A DNA stretch of 64,000 bases from Octopus vulgaris (taxonomy: Eukaryota), in NCBI GenBank assembly GCA_951406725.2, contig OX597822.1:18600001-18664000 (forward strand). The letters are read 5' to 3'. The position numbers and the translations under genes are program-made. Under the pieces are notes generated by a model. The model saw nothing but the letters and a program-made list of their open reading frames with translations, did not search any database and was not told the origin of the DNA. Of this stretch, positions 39,199 to 54,443 are shown piece by piece; the first letter of the stretch is position 1, and each line of letters starts with the position of its first letter.

Positions 39199-40950
39199 TA
39201 TCATCATCATTTAACGTCCGTTTTCCATGCTGGCATGGGTTGCACGGTTTGACTAGGGACTGGCAAACCAGGAGGCCACACCAGGCTCCAATCTGATCTG
39301 GCAATATTTCTACAGCTGGATGCCCTTCCTCACAGCAACCACTCCGAGAGTGTAATGGGTGCTTTTTATGTGCTACTGGCACAGGAGCCATTTAGGTTGG
39401 GGGAGCTGGCATCAACCACGTTTTGATGGTGCTTATTGCATGCCACCAACACAGAAACCAGTCAGGTGGGACTGACATCGGACACAACTACAATTTCCAT
39501 TTGATTTGAGTTTGATTTTTATTTACCTTTGAATCGCTGGGCAACATGCCGTGTTTGAGGAAACCTATTCATTTCCTTAAACATGGCATGTTGCCCAGCG
39601 ATTCAAAGCTACTTTTTAAATGCAACACTTATGTAGGCTATGGCTGTGATCTCACTTTCCTTGCCGGGTCTTCTCAATCACAGCATATCGCCAAAGGTCT
39701 CAGTCTTTCGTCATTGTCTTTGTGAGCCCCAACATTCGAAGTTCATGCTTCACCACCTCATGTCATGTCTTCTTTGCGCACCACATCTGATGCTCCATAT
39801 GTCCAATATTTCTCTCAGGGCACTTACACTCTGTTGTGTGTGCACACTGACATTACACATCCAGCAGATCATACTAGCTTCATTTCTTTCAAGCCTACAC
39901 ATGTCCTCAGCAGTCACTGCCATGTAGCATGGCTGTTCATACACAGGCATCATACAGTCTACCTTTCATTCTGTGGGAAAGACCCTTTGTTATCTGCAGA
40001 GGTAGGAGCTCTCTGAACTTTGCCCAGACTATTCTTATTCTAGTGGCAATGCTCTCTGAACATCCACCCCCACTACAGACTTGATCACCTAGGTAGCAGA
40101 AGCTAGAAACCGATCGAGCAGGACCAGCTACCTGAAGGGGTTTGTGATGTGTTTATCTTCCTACTTACTAGGAATTTGGTTTTTGCAACATTCACTCTAA
40201 GGCCCTTCAATTCTAAACCTTGTTTCCATACCTGAAATTTCTTATCTTGTTCTGGTAGTGACTTTTCTATGAGAGCAAGGTCATCAGCTCCCAGGGACAA
40301 TCTGTCTTGAATTCCTCTGTTATTGCCTGGAGGACTATGATAAATAAGAGGGGGCTGAGGGCTGATCCTTGGTGAACCCCTACTTCTACTCAGAAATCTA
40401 CGCTATACTGATTGCCGACCCTTACCTTACTAATGGCATCCCTATACAGGGCCTGTACAGCTCTTATTAACCTCTCATAAATCTCCAGTTTCCCCATCGC
40501 CCTCCAGATAAGGGATCGGGGGACCCTGTCAAAGGCTTTCTCCAAGTCAACAAAAGCCAATATAGGTTTTTATCTTTGGTTAGGTTTTTCTCCTGCAGTT
40601 GCCGTACCAGGAATATAGCATCAGTGGAGCTTCTACTTGGCACAAAACCAAACTGCATCTCATCTAAGCAGATTTTCACCCTAATTAGTTGGGCCATGAC
40701 CCTCTTCAAGATCTTTATCTCCTGATCCAGCAGTTTGATACCCCTGCAGTTATTTCTATCTAAAGTATCACTTTTACCTTTGTAGCAGTTGACTATGGGA
40801 CTGCTATGCTAGTCATTGGGTATGACACCTTTGTGAACTACCTGGTTTACAATACGGGTAACTAGGCTATGACCCACACCACCAGATATTTTAAGCATGT
40901 CAGCAGTGATTCCTGATGGGCTGGGGGATTTACCTGACTTCATATCCTTA
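39199..40950 (-). mobile_element. RTE LINE (family B), decayed with internal deletions
   Basis: (ATC)n tail at ~39200; LDEMQFGFVPSRSSTDAIF, ADDLALI and LERNEASMICWMCNV on the minus strand. Confidence 0.9.
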
Positions 40951-41691
40951 ATAACAAAAATAAGAACTATAATAATATTAACATTAAAGATAATAATAAC
41001 AAAATTAATAATTATAACCGCTGTCAGGATTAAGAATATTGGAGTTGCTGTCAGGCTCGAGGTGACCCAGAAGACAGTTGTCTAATACCTATTTTTAGTT
41101 GAGTAAGCTAGAACAAAGTGAAGTGCCTTGCTCAAGGACACTATATGCTGTTTGGTCTAGGAATTGAACTAATAACTTTACAGTCGTGAGGTGAATAACC
41201 TGTTAGACCTCATGAAAAGCCTTTGCTATGACCTCTCTGAATGTTAAAAAGAATGAGTAGAAATAATTAAGCAAAATTGATTTTCTGGAACCTATTACAT
41301 TGAAGTTTATTGGGAAGGGAATGAGAGAAGAAGGAAGAAAAAGTGAGATAGAAGTATATAGAAAAAGTGGAAGGTTGAAAAATCAGAAAACAGAAAAAAT
41401 GTAATCTGAAAAGGGAAAGGGGAAAAGAGTTATCTCCCTTAGACCATAAATCATAAGGCTGAAAAATAGAGTTTATGGTATAGTTATTAATCAGATAGAG
41501 GAGGAACTTCCCAATCCTTCAACAGGAACTTAGGCATATGCTTACAACTGCTGAAAATTTCAGGTCTGGAGTTCAGCAGTGAGTTAGAGATCTTCGATCT
41601 GAAAAGGATCTGAGCTCTTTCAGCTAAGCATAGCTTACATTATTTGATCCATTAGCTAATGGTGTGGATATTTTGATTATTTTCCACTTTA

Positions 41692-41743
<52 letters not shown>

Positions 41744-41972
41744 TCTTTTACTTGTTTCAGTCATTTGACTGTGGCCATGCTGGAGCACTGCCTTTAGTCA
41801 AGCAAATTGACCCCAGGACTTATTCTTTGTAAGCCTAGTACTTATTCTGTCATTCTCTTTTGCTGAAATGCTAAGTTACGGGGACGTAAACACACCAGTA
41901 TCGGTTGTCAAGTGATGTTAGGGGGCCAAACACAGACACACAAACATATACACACATACATATATATATATA

Positions 41973-42015
<43 letters not shown>

Positions 42016-43532
42016 GTAAAAGAAATTAGACAATTACAATTCTGCACTTCATGTTTAAACTTGAATGAAGCTATAAATGATACACAAGTATTCAACTATG
42101 AGTGCAATTGCATCTTATTGCAGAAATAGTTCTAAGTTAATGAAGTCCATGACCATAATTTTTTCCTTTCATCACTCTCTCTCTATATATATATATGTGT
42201 GTGTGTGTGTATTTGTGTGTGTGTGTATAATATTCATATTATATGATTTGTATGCACATTATATTATATATGACAATGATGATGATGAATGGAATTTGTT
42301 TTGTTGCAAATGTTGAGGCTGTGTCTCTGTTTAGAGAATAATTCCCTTTCTCCACTTTCAATGCTCTTGGAAGCTTTCAAAACAAAACTATTAAGTAGTG
42401 TGGAAGCTGCCCTTTCTTTTCTGACTAAACAGTGAAAAAAACAAAGGAAATGTCTTAAAATTGTCATATCCAAATATAAAACTTTTCATTCGTAATTTTA
42501 TGAACGAACTGCTTTGTTAAGTTATGGTTGAAACACCAGTTTAATGATGGAAAAGTAAGTTACTTTTATTAAATCCCTTCAAATTTTTCAAACAGGCAAA
42601 GAATTTCATGAAAAATATGTTTAAAGAAAGGTTTACTGCCTTATCTACAGACACAACTCTATGGCAATAAGTGGATATGCATTGTCAGTTTCTTGGCTTA
42701 TTACTCAATACACACACACAATATTATCAACAACATTTAACGTTCACCTTCCATGCTAGTATGGATGAGAGTATAAATACATGTATATGCATACATAAGC
42801 ATATATGTCTGTGTGTGTGTGTGTGTTCAAGAATTGTTTTGTTCCAACTCCAGAATGCCTGTCTACAGAAAATGTGGGTTCAAGCTCTGTGTGCAGTTTT
42901 CAACTTTTTCCACCCAAAAAGGATTTTCAACCAAATATTTACATGCTGTTTATATAGCTTTGTGTGCTTCAAGATCCTTCTTTCCAAAAGAGAATTTTAT
43001 ATGTATGTCATCATTCAGTTTTATTTCAAGATTTCTTGCCAATAGAGAAAGAGCTGGTTTCTAACCTAGATTTAAGCTTCCTTCATTGGAATTTCAACAG
43101 CATCAACAGTGTATTTTTGTATGTATGTATGTATACATACAGATCTATATGTTTTGCTTTATGTGTGTCTTTTCGTGCATATAGTTGCATATTTAGAGAT
43201 ATTCATATATACTTAAATGATAAACTGGAAAGTTTTACGGATTTTTACAGTTCAATTGATGGCTCTGATCTGTAATGTTTGAATTAGCTTTCTCCTTTCT
43301 GGTTTTGAGAATCCTAGTTTCTCAAGATTGGTATTTAGGCAGTTAGTTACATATCCCAGTGTCCCAATAATTACAGGTATAAACCTGAACTTGTAATCTG
43401 GATAGAGTAACTGCAGATTCTTCAACAGTTCAGCATATTTTTTTCACTGATCTTTGGCTTTATGTTATAACATCCACTGGGCAGCTGCTTTCCATGTACG
43501 TACATATGTATGTATGTAATCATCACACACAC

Positions 43533-43574
<42 letters not shown>

Positions 43575-43681
43575 GCACACATATGATGAATGAATGAATG
43601 GACAAAAACCAGAAAAAGCTCAAGGGGGACAAGTTTTCACAAAGGTGTTGTCATAATCTTAGTTGAAAAGGAAAATGATTT

Positions 43682-43715
43682 TTGATGTTTGAGACATGGA
43701 GTCCTTCATCAGAAA
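43682..43715 (-). ncRNA. Decayed minimal hammerhead motif (Penelope pLTR-like)
   Basis: Minus strand TTT-CTGATGA-AGGAC tccat GTCT-CAAA-CATC-AAAA. The GAAA box is mutated, so it is probably inactive. Confidence 0.35.
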
Positions 43716-46700
43716 AAATAAGAAAGAGGGAAGAGAAAAGTGGTGAAAAGGAGTGAAGAAAAAGTAAATATTTATACACACACACACGCGCACATGCGCA
43801 TATAAGTTACTACAAATACACTTCATGTAATGAAACAAAACATAAACTGATGTAAATATTGCTCATACAAGTGAGATGAAAAAACTAACATTAGATTCAT
43901 GATTAATTTCAGTTATGAAACATAGGAGAGATATCCAAAATCTCAACAGCTTTCTCTTAGTCATTTTGATAATAATGTAGACAGTTACCAACACTTATAC
44001 TTAAACATTTGGGATCAGTTGTGGCATTAAATGAAAATGACCAAAGATAAATAAATGATTAAAATTGAAAAATAGTATAAAATGCAGGAAATATAAGCAG
44101 CAGTTAAATGTGACAGGTAAGAAAGGAAAAAGAAAAGAAATCTATTCCAAGTGATAAAACTTCTAAGTGGTAAATAAAAATTGTTGTGGTAGATAAGATT
44201 GTTCATTTGAAGAAATGCGTTAGAAATAACATGTTGTAAATTTGTTCGAGTAAAATAAATAGAAGCTATGTAGTCATCTAAAAATCCATAAGTCAGAATA
44301 AATAGGCATTCACATATTTGTATGTAGAGTGGGTATATTTATAAAAGTATACAGTATTAGAGATCCATTTCTGCCGATCTTACTAGTCAGTTTCATACAG
44401 GATATTTGGTAATTAGATGATTACTTAAGATTGTGTTCATCAGAGTTCCTGATATAGAAAATTAAAAATGGTCATAGCCCTCTGTTACCAGAAGTCTCAA
44501 GAAATGTCTCATGGTTGCTATGCAAAAGACAAAGCAAATATATGGCAGACAGAGATGGAATTCCATCAAGACTTATGCCTGTTGCCCAAAATACCTGAGT
44601 GAGTGGTAACTGTCAGCAAATTGCAATTTGGATGTGAATGAGGTGGGGTTGACATGTGAATGAGGCAGATAATATGTTTGTGTCAGTAGAATTCAAAAGA
44701 TTGGAGTCAGCCTTGCAGTGATGTGTCCTCTGCTATTGTAGAAAAATCTACAACAATTCACAATGTTTTTTTCTTTGGCTGAAAAAAAAAAGCTCCTGAG
44801 TTTGATTTGGTTATATTTTGTCTCAATGGGTTGTGAGAAGTCAACAACTAACAATGAGATGTCAAAGTAAAAGTCAGTCAGCAAATGGTAGAAATCAAGC
44901 AAAGTCATTCAGAACGCTCCCAGTGTAGGATGTCATCACAGTAATTAATCACAAGGCCAGCAATTTCGAAGGAATGGAGGAGGAGGGGGAGGGGTGGTGG
45001 CAGTGGTCAATACTATTGACTGGTATTTTGTTTTATCAATCTTGGAAGGGTGAAAGGCAAAGTTGATCTCAGTGGGATTAGAATGTAAAAAGCCAGAAGA
45101 AATACTGCATGCCAGTTCTTCTGATGCTAGCTGAACACTTCTGCTAGCCGAACACCTTCATCCATAATTAATTTTGCAGAGCACTACAAGATATATCTGG
45201 TTTATAACATCATAGGTAGAACCAAGTTACTGAACACTGTACTTTTCTTATTTATTTACCTAGGTTTTGTGAGACAGAAATGTTATGTTTAGAAAAAGAG
45301 CCAATGTGTCTTCAGATAGCTACAAGTCTTTTGAAAATAACAGTCATCTAGAAAGCAGATGTATGGCATCACACAAAAAGACAAGAACGTTTCCACTATA
45401 GGTTATAAAATTCACAGGTTGCTAAATCTAGTTTTAAACAATTTATTTACTCTATAAAGTAAACATCTATTTCTTATGAAAAATATTATACCCCAAGAGC
45501 ATTAATTGTTCTAAATGAAGTGATGTTTGAAACTATAGTGTATCAGAGTTGGATTTTAGACTTTCAACTCATTGGAAACAAACTTACTTCTCTGTAATAT
45601 TTGCCACAGTTTTAGATAAATTTGAAAACCTACTTTGAACTCTGCAAAGAATTATAGTTTAAAAATAGTTTTGCTTTAATATGTTGACTCCATATTTTTC
45701 TGAAGAAATTTTCAAAAATTTGTTTTCCTAAATCACTGGAGGACTTCTTCAAAATTCTTTTTGCATTCTGGAAATTGAATGGGTTCTAGCAGGAATGGTT
45801 CAAAGATCAAAAATCAAAGGAAATGTTTATTTCTACCTTTTATTGTTCACCAACTATTAAGATTTTTTTTAGCTAGAAACTCTAAATTTGAAGAACTCCA
45901 GCATAGAAAGAGGCCTTTTTTTTGTCATTGGTTGGTTAATGCTTTTTTGTTTTGTTTAATTTTGTTTGTCAGTTTTTATTTGCATTTTATTTTTTCATTT
46001 ACTTTGTCGTTTTTAAAGCTACAGAGATTCAATATTTGATAATTTAATGCTCACAGTTTTAAGGCTAAAACAAACAAACAAACAAAATCATCCTAGATAT
46101 TTTAATTAGCTTCTTAGTATAGAAAGGTTATTTTGAAACTGTCACTGGTTCAATATATTATACAAAGCTGAATAAACAAACCCATTTATAAATATTTGTC
46201 TTTTTAAAAACCATGGCTTCTAGTACAGATGTCATAGCAAAGTAGTGAGCAGCTAATAAATTGCCACAAGGTAATTGGATATTAATTTCCAGCCATAGTA
46301 AACATATAATTTCCATGAATCTGATATAACTCAGGTGTTCTGAATTATATTCTGCAAACTATAAATTTCCAACAATAACTGCTGTAGAGTTCTGAACAAA
46401 AATCAAATAAATAAAAGCAAGCAGCAAGTTCCGTGAAATTTGAGTAAAGATAATTGACATTGTTCATAATTAAAAGGGCCATAAACACTCTAAAATGTCT
46501 ATCAGCAAATGTTTGGCAATTAAATCTAAATATTTTGGTTGTGAATGATCTTGCAGTTTTCATAGTAGTGTTGGTTGTATTATTATTATTATTATTATTA
46601 TTATTGTATTGTTGTTGGTGGTGATGGTGGTGGTACTGGTGGTTGTAGGTGGTTTTACCATGACAGTTATTCACACTGTCTAACTAAAATTGGCCCTAAA

Positions 46701-47846
46701 TCAAAAACTTGAAGCTGCATTCAGTTTCAGTAAAGACCTCGTTAATTTTGCAGTGCTTCCACTGTTTACAGCTCTGTATTATCTTGAAATCCTGTTTTGA
46801 AAAGCACAAGACAAATTAGAAAAATGATGACTGCTGGCAGATGTAAATCTGTTCTTTATTAGGGGACAATAACCATTGAACTATATGAATGCTATCTGCA
46901 GAGATGCTCAGCATGAAAACAAGGGTCTACCAAAGCTGAGACAATGGATTGAAATTCCTGGCTCAGCAGAGCGAAATTCCTCTCACTCATGGGTGATTGA
47001 TGTTGAGAATAAAATCAAGAGACCTAACACACTTCATTCTGGCTCATAAATTCCTTTATTTTACATCTAACTCATAAATTCCTTCATGTTATATCTGACT
47101 TACTAATTCATTCATGTTGCATGTGATAGCTGAACCTCTTTCATTATGTCTCACTGATGAGGTCTAATCTGTCTGAAACATGCTTGGATTTGATGAACTT
47201 GCCACTCTATTCATTAACATCAGGTTTACTCCCCCACTACATTCTATATTTAATCAATAAAGATTTGGGCTTGTCTTTCTCCACCACTTAAAAAATGAAT
47301 CCTTTACATACTGAATGTTTTTGTAACTTGCAAAGTAAGTTTTATCAATTGGAATTTCATGGCCTACTCCATTACCAGCCGTTTTACTATTAAGTTTTCT
47401 TGCAGCAGGAGTCCTGAGTCATTTCCTAAGCCCACTCAGTCATTGTCAGAGTTATGATTTTACCTGATTGCTTATCTTTTCTAACTATGCTCACCTTGCC
47501 AACAGACAAATCCACCCCATTAAGCATTTCTCACAGAAGCTTGAAAGCTTACAATTCTTTTCACTAACATGCAGTTGTTGTTGATGATATTGTTTCTGAT
47601 GTTGTTGTTATTGCTGCTGTTAAAACCATTTCTGATATTTCAGATAAAAGGGAATATTATGGAGCTGCGTAAAGGACGTGTAGCCACTTATAGATTAATA
47701 AATGTATTGTCATTTAGTTTTAGCAAAGAAATAGAAAACTTTTTTGTTTTAGATTCTAAAGTCAGCAAAAATGTGACAAATAAAAACTTTTCCAAAGTCA
47801 TATTTAAATGCCTAAAACAAATATGTGTATGTGAGTGAGCAAGTAT

Positions 47847-47881
<35 letters not shown>

Positions 47882-48099
47882 CACACATAGGATTTTTAAA
47901 AATGTGTTTGTTCATATCTTTGAAATATATACATATCTACTTACATGTGACCAATAAATATACACATGTGCAGACATACTGTACACAATGGGAATATGTA
48001 TATATGTATGTGTGTGTGTGGATATATCCATATATGCATGCATATTATGTATATGTGTGTGTACATATATATATGTGTATGTATGTGTGTGTGTGGGTT

Positions 48100-48146
<47 letters not shown>

Positions 48147-48996
48147 GCATGCACACGCACATGCACACACACACACGCACACAAACCAACACAACATATA
48201 GAATAAAATATTTGTTTGAAGTTATTGAATGGAATCCAGAAAAAATTGCTTTGAATAAAGATTATTTTATATTTATTTCTGTTGGAAGCATTGGCTCCAT
48301 GTATTTTAAATTTTATAATTAAGAAAAAAGAAAATAAATGGAGGAAAAAATATGTCCTTCAGAGAAACTTTACACACAAACACAATCAGTGTTATAGTTT
48401 GCCATTAGAAGATTTTAAAAGGCTGAAGATTACTGTAATATCCACACAGACAATAAAATGTGTCTATATTCTCATGTAATGTGTGTGTGTATATATATAT
48501 ATGCATATGTATTTATATGCATGTATATTTATTTATATATATATACTTATATGTGTGCTTGTGTATTTGTGCATGTCTTTGCGTATATGTATACATTTAT
48601 ATATATCTTTATACATTTCTGTTTGTATTGTATATGAGTATTTATATACACATACTTGTTTGTGTCTATTTTTGTGTGTATGTGAGTGTATATATGTTAT
48701 GCATATATATACCTGTAAGCATACACATGTGTATATATTTCACTATATGATACTACACACACACACACACACATTGTTCAAAGTTAGAACAAAATTGAAA
48801 GTGACTTGATATAACTCTTCTTGTAGTTTAGATCATACATCCATACAACTTTGGTTTAAATGCAATATCTATCTATCTATCCAATCTATCGTTCTATGTA
48901 TCTCCATATATATGTGCAAACATATGTATGTATATATGTATTTTGTATGTATGTATTTTGTTTGTATGTATGTATGTATGTATGTATGTATGTATG

Positions 48997-49027
<31 letters not shown>

Positions 49028-50785
49028 GTGTGTGTATGTATGTCAGTGTGTGTAAGTGTGTGTATGTATGCATGCATGCATGCTGTTTGGGTTGTTACCA
49101 CAAAACAATTTGGTCAAACTGATATTGATGAATGCAAGAATAAGAAACCTGTCTGATATTTTAAATACAAAAATATTTGTTTTGTTGTTAAATAAAACAG
49201 TGTACGGTTATGATGACAGGAAAGATATTTACACCAAGTTTTTGAAATATTTTTATGCGTCTAGAAAAATGTAGTGACCCTTGTTGTGTGATTGTAGCAA
49301 CCATTCCAGTGTGGTCATCGCCAGTGCCACCTGACTGGCTCCTGTGCTAGTGTCACGTACAAAGCACTATTTGAGCATGGTCATTGCCAGTACTGCCTGA
49401 CTGGCCGTCATGCCACTGATACATAAAAAGCACCATTCAAACATGGTCGATGCCAGTACAGCCTGAGTGGCCCTTGTGCCGGTGGCACATAAAAAGCACC
49501 CATTACACTCTCAGAGTGGTTGGTGTTAGGAAAGGTATCCAGCTTAGAAACCTTGCCAGATCAGATTGGAGCCTGGTTCAGCCTCTGGCTTGCCAGTCCT
49601 CAGTCAAACTATCCAACCAATGCCAGCATAGAAAGCAAACATTAAACGATGATGATAATGAAGAGAGTGTAGATATATAAAAATAGATGTGTGTGTGTGA
49701 GGTATGCAAGCTCTTTTGTTTACTCAGAGCAATGCATGGCAGTATAAACTGCTTTTAAATTTTGGCACAAGGCCACCAATTTCAGCGGAGGGCACGGTGG
49801 GGGCAAGCCATTTACATCAACTCCAGTACTCAACTGGTAATTATTTTATCAACCTTCAAAGGATGAAAGGCAACCTCAGCAGAATTTGAACTCAAAACGT
49901 AATAATGAATTAAATGCTGCTAAGCATTTTGCCCATCATGCTAATGATCCTGTCACCTCATCCCCTTGTAGCAGTATAAATTGAGAATCAGTTTGATTGC
50001 CTTTATGTTTCTGGCTCAAATCTCACTAACATCAGCTCATCCTTCTTGGGCCCAATAAATTAAATGTCTATCAAGTTCTAAGACTGATCCAAACTGTCAT
50101 AACTGCTCTTAAACATGGAAAGCCATAAGAGTCAAATTCCAGTGTTAGAAATCCTTAGAAGAACAATTTCTGATCAGAATGTTTGAGATTTTTAGCAATG
50201 AGAAGTTAAAATACCTTTCCATGAAAAAAGAAAAGAAAAGGAAGAAAGAAAGGAAATGCATTATCAGCAAAGTGAAGTAAAACAGTTATTTCAAACAGAA
50301 ATGTGGGTGTCCATATGAATTTACAAAATTCAAGTTTGAACATTTCAAAAGAATACAATTTTAAAGAAAATATTATGTCAAAAGGAATTTAGTTTGTTTG
50401 AACTCAGAACATCATCATCGTTTAATGTCCGTTTTCCAAGCTAGCATGGGTTGGACGGTTCTACCGGGATCTGGGAAGCTAATTTTTATAAGGTTCAATC
50501 CTACTGTGTGGCATCTTTGACAAGTATCTTCTACTACAATCCTGGGTTGATCAAAGCCTTGTGAGTGAATTTGGTAGATGGAAACTGAAAGAAGCTTGTC
50601 AGGTATATATGTTTCCCTTTGAGATTTATTCAAGTTCTTAATGTAGTTGAACCTAACAAAATGACAAAATTTTCTGAGTTAAGAGAGTTCCCAGGGTTTG
50701 TAAATCTAAGGTTGAGTATTGACTTGCATTTATGTACTGTGTGAACATGCCTCTTCAGTGTTGAGGTGTTTGTGTGTGAGACTCT

Positions 50786-50835
<50 letters not shown>

Positions 50836-53800
50836 ATATATGAGACTGTGTGTATCATTACTTTTTTCACATGTGTCTCTGTTGATGCACACAGTGCATA
50901 CATTCGTTTCAAGAATCTCAGATGGAGAATCTTTGGAATGTCTTGCAAATGGATTTGGAAAATATGCATCAGTTTCTTTTGCCCATTCTTAGAAAAACCT
51001 CTGTGTGTGTGTGTGTGTGTGTATGCATGTGTGTGTGCAAGTGTGTGTGCTTTATCCTGACATCATGTGACAGAGTAGTAAATGAGAGCCACTATCATAC
51101 AAGTGGTGTTCTGTTCATTTCCAACCTTCCATGGAAACATGTCTGGCCTTGAGGGAATATGACCTTGCTTGGAAACAAGTGAGAAAAGTTCCACAGGAAG
51201 GACATTTGGCTGAATAAATTCTACTTTAAGGAATTCCATCTGACCTATTCAAGCAGTATTAAAAGATCAATATTAAAATGATGATGGTAATGGTGATAAG
51301 GAATGAACAAAAGCACAGCCAACCATCATTTGTGAGCATGGGAGGCTTGGTAATATGTGCCATTCTTTTGCTAAATATTTTTGGTACTTAGTCACCAGCA
51401 GACATAGAGACACCCTCTTACCCGACCTCCCATATCACCCTTGATCCAACAGAACATCCAAGAATTGACAGCTGAAGAGAGTAAAAGGTCTGCACTAGTA
51501 CCATCTGATACTCAATGCAACTGAGTTGACAGGAGCAATGTGAAATGAAGTGCCTTGTTTCAACGTACTCCTTGTTCCAGAAATGAAACCATTAACTTTA
51601 TGGTGATGAACCAAAATCCTAACCACAAAACCACAAGCCCTCATTTTGGAGAAAGAGTATTGGTGATGGAACTGACATGAATACAGTACTTATTATTTGA
51701 TCAAACTCTGTAGATATGGAAGGCAAAATGTTCAGAGGTAGGATATGAACTTTGAATATAGGAACAAGATAATTTTTGACCAAAATAAATTTTGTTTATT
51801 TTACTTTGGAAATAAATGCCCTACATTTTAATGGGGCCATGTTCTTGTTTTTCCACTGAGAGTTGAAAACTTATTGCACTCTTTACTTGCCATATACTTA
51901 ACTCTTATTCAATGGGAAAATATTACAACAGATTACTTCAGGAAAATATTTATCTGACATTATTTATTTACATTTTTTTAATCTCAAATGAAATATTTAC
52001 TTGGAATTTAGATTACTAAACTTCTTGACAAACACAAGCTAACCTTTAGCCATTATGTTAATCTCTAACTTATTTCTCTCTTTTTCTCTTTTATCCCTCA
52101 AGGAAAATAAATATTTAAGAAAAGAGTAGAATATATGGTTCTTAGATTATTAGAAAATTCTAGAATAGTGAAATGTTTTCTTAATTTCTGCCACCTGTTT
52201 ATTGTCATATTTACCATAGTTTAAAATGTCTGTGATACCAAAAGATTGTGTTTCCATTATAAAAGAAATAATTATTTGAGACATAATAAGGATTCTATTT
52301 TATGAAATTTTTATAATTTCTTTTAAATAAACATACAAAAAAAAACAATGATTTACATTGCATTTAACTGGGAAATTGTCTGTCTGTCTGTCTCTGTATT
52401 ATTTTTGAGTGGAGGGATAGAATAATCAGTGTTTTATGTAATCACTTTGCAAAGATATTTTTCCAATCATTCCTTTAAATATTAGGGCTTGGTAAAAAAA
52501 TAAAGTCACGATATGTCAGTCTGTTGCTGTATGAATCCTTCTTCATACCCGAAAGCTTTTTATTATACTTCTGACTTATTAATTAACTTGACACTGACCA
52601 AGCACTCTGTTAATCAACATCATCATCTAACTTCCACTTTGCCATGTTTGCATGGGTTGGATGGAATTTATGAAGGCACATTTTTCTGTGACTGGGTATC
52701 CTTCCTGCTGCCTGTTTCCAAGCAAGATAATATTTTTTTCCCAGAACTAGACATGTTTTCAGGGCAGACTGGAAACGAACAACCCTGCTTGTACAAAGAG
52801 GATGCTCATTGACAACTGTCATGTGATGAAAGACAAACATATACAAACACACATACATTCATAATATTGACATGTACAATGGGCTTCTTACAGCTTGTGC
52901 CTACCAAATCCATTCACATGACTTTGGTCAACCCAGAGCTATGGTCAAAGACACACATCCAATGAGCCATGCTGTGAGGCTGAACACAAGACACATGATT
53001 GGGAAGCAAGTTTTAATACTGATTTTTACCAACTAAGTAGACAAGAGTAATGGGAAATAAAATGCTTTGCCCAAGGACACAGAGCATGCCTCTCTGACCA
53101 GGAATAGAACCCGTACCTTTATGATCAAGAACCTAGTTACCTAATCACTAGACTACCTGACTTCTTTATTAATCTAAATTAATTGGATGTTTGCATATTA
53201 GCCCAAAAGTAGATGATTTGTGCCTAGTAACTGGAGAAATGTTGAATTGATGGTTGAGGGTGTTTTGGTATTATCCACCACCACCACCACCACCACCATC
53301 ATCATCATTTAGTGTCCATATTCCCTGCTGGCATTGCTAGGATGGTTTGACAGAACCTGATAGGTCAGAGGTCAGTGTCAAGCTCCAATGTTTGTTTCTA
53401 TGACTAAATACTTTACAGAATGTACTGGGGTGCTTTTTCGTGTCACCAGCACTAGTGAGGTCACCAGGTAGTTTGCTGGACAAAGACCCCTTGAGGGAGT
53501 GGGTGGGTAGGATGTAGTATTGGACGGGTGGTGGTGGTGTTATCTTATGCTAGGTGTTGAGAGAGGCAAGAGTATGATAAAAAGATAGGAATGGGTATCT
53601 GGCTGCAAAAGAGATGATATGTGGCTACCCCAGCTGGAAAAGGAAAGAAGAGGATGGTGATGAGATGTTGATATGTACCCACAATGTGAGGGGGACAAAG
53701 AAACATGTGAGTGGGATAGGGGCCTCTAGATGACCAGGTAGATTCACAAGATCCATCTCACTGTAAATAGCTAAATACAACCTACCACTGTAATCAGAGT

Positions 53801-54443
53801 TCTCTTAGCATGAAGCACTCAGTCCAGTATTGCCAAGGCCGATGGGCCAGCAGTAGGCAATGATAAAAGCCCTTGAAATGTAGCTGCCGGCATCCCAACA
53901 AAAGAGCTTGAAACTGAAAAAATTCTCAGAAAGCAGGAATGTTATGAAATGCTTGTGAACAAAAGCAATGACTGTAATAACTTTAATCACTTTTTTGAGT
54001 AATGTGAAGGTTGAAATCTTAGACTCTGTCTGTTTCAATAAATAGTAAATTTAGGTTAGTATTGATGAGGGATATGTCTTGTCTGGAGAAGAGAGAAAGC
54101 AGTGCCTATAACCTCTGTGGGGGTGGGGGGGCTCTTAGACTGGTAAGAGTGATGCCATTAGTGTTCCTCTTGAACTTTGGTAAGTCAACACCCATGAGGA
54201 AAGACATGAACAGCAAGGGAATTCCTAATAGATAACATTTTATGACATCCTGGAAGGGATAGGGATTAGTGTCAGTCCTGGTGGTGGTGGTAGTGATGGT
54301 GTGGAGGAGTCAGCACAACCAGATTTATCAGGAGGGGAGTGATGAGTGGGTTGAGAATGCGTGAGTAGAGGTGGTATGAGTGCAGCTAACCCTAAATGGG
54401 CTCTGCTCCTCACAGTTACCAAGCAAGTTAAAATATAAATAAA

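Noticed and set aside
46855-46880. LLGDNNH frame resembling the THUMPD3 AGDNN motif
   Set aside because: Immediately followed by a stop, with no suitable splice sites or flanking similarity.
47644-47703. Acceptor-like TTTCAG followed by DKREYYGAA* or IKGNIMELRKGRVATYRLIN
   Set aside because: No recognisable homology, does not fit THUMPD3, and cannot be supported without transcripts.
53600-54240. Possible ancient LINE RT remnant on the minus strand (YISRAF resembling DISKAFD)
   Set aside because: Too degraded to assign with confidence.
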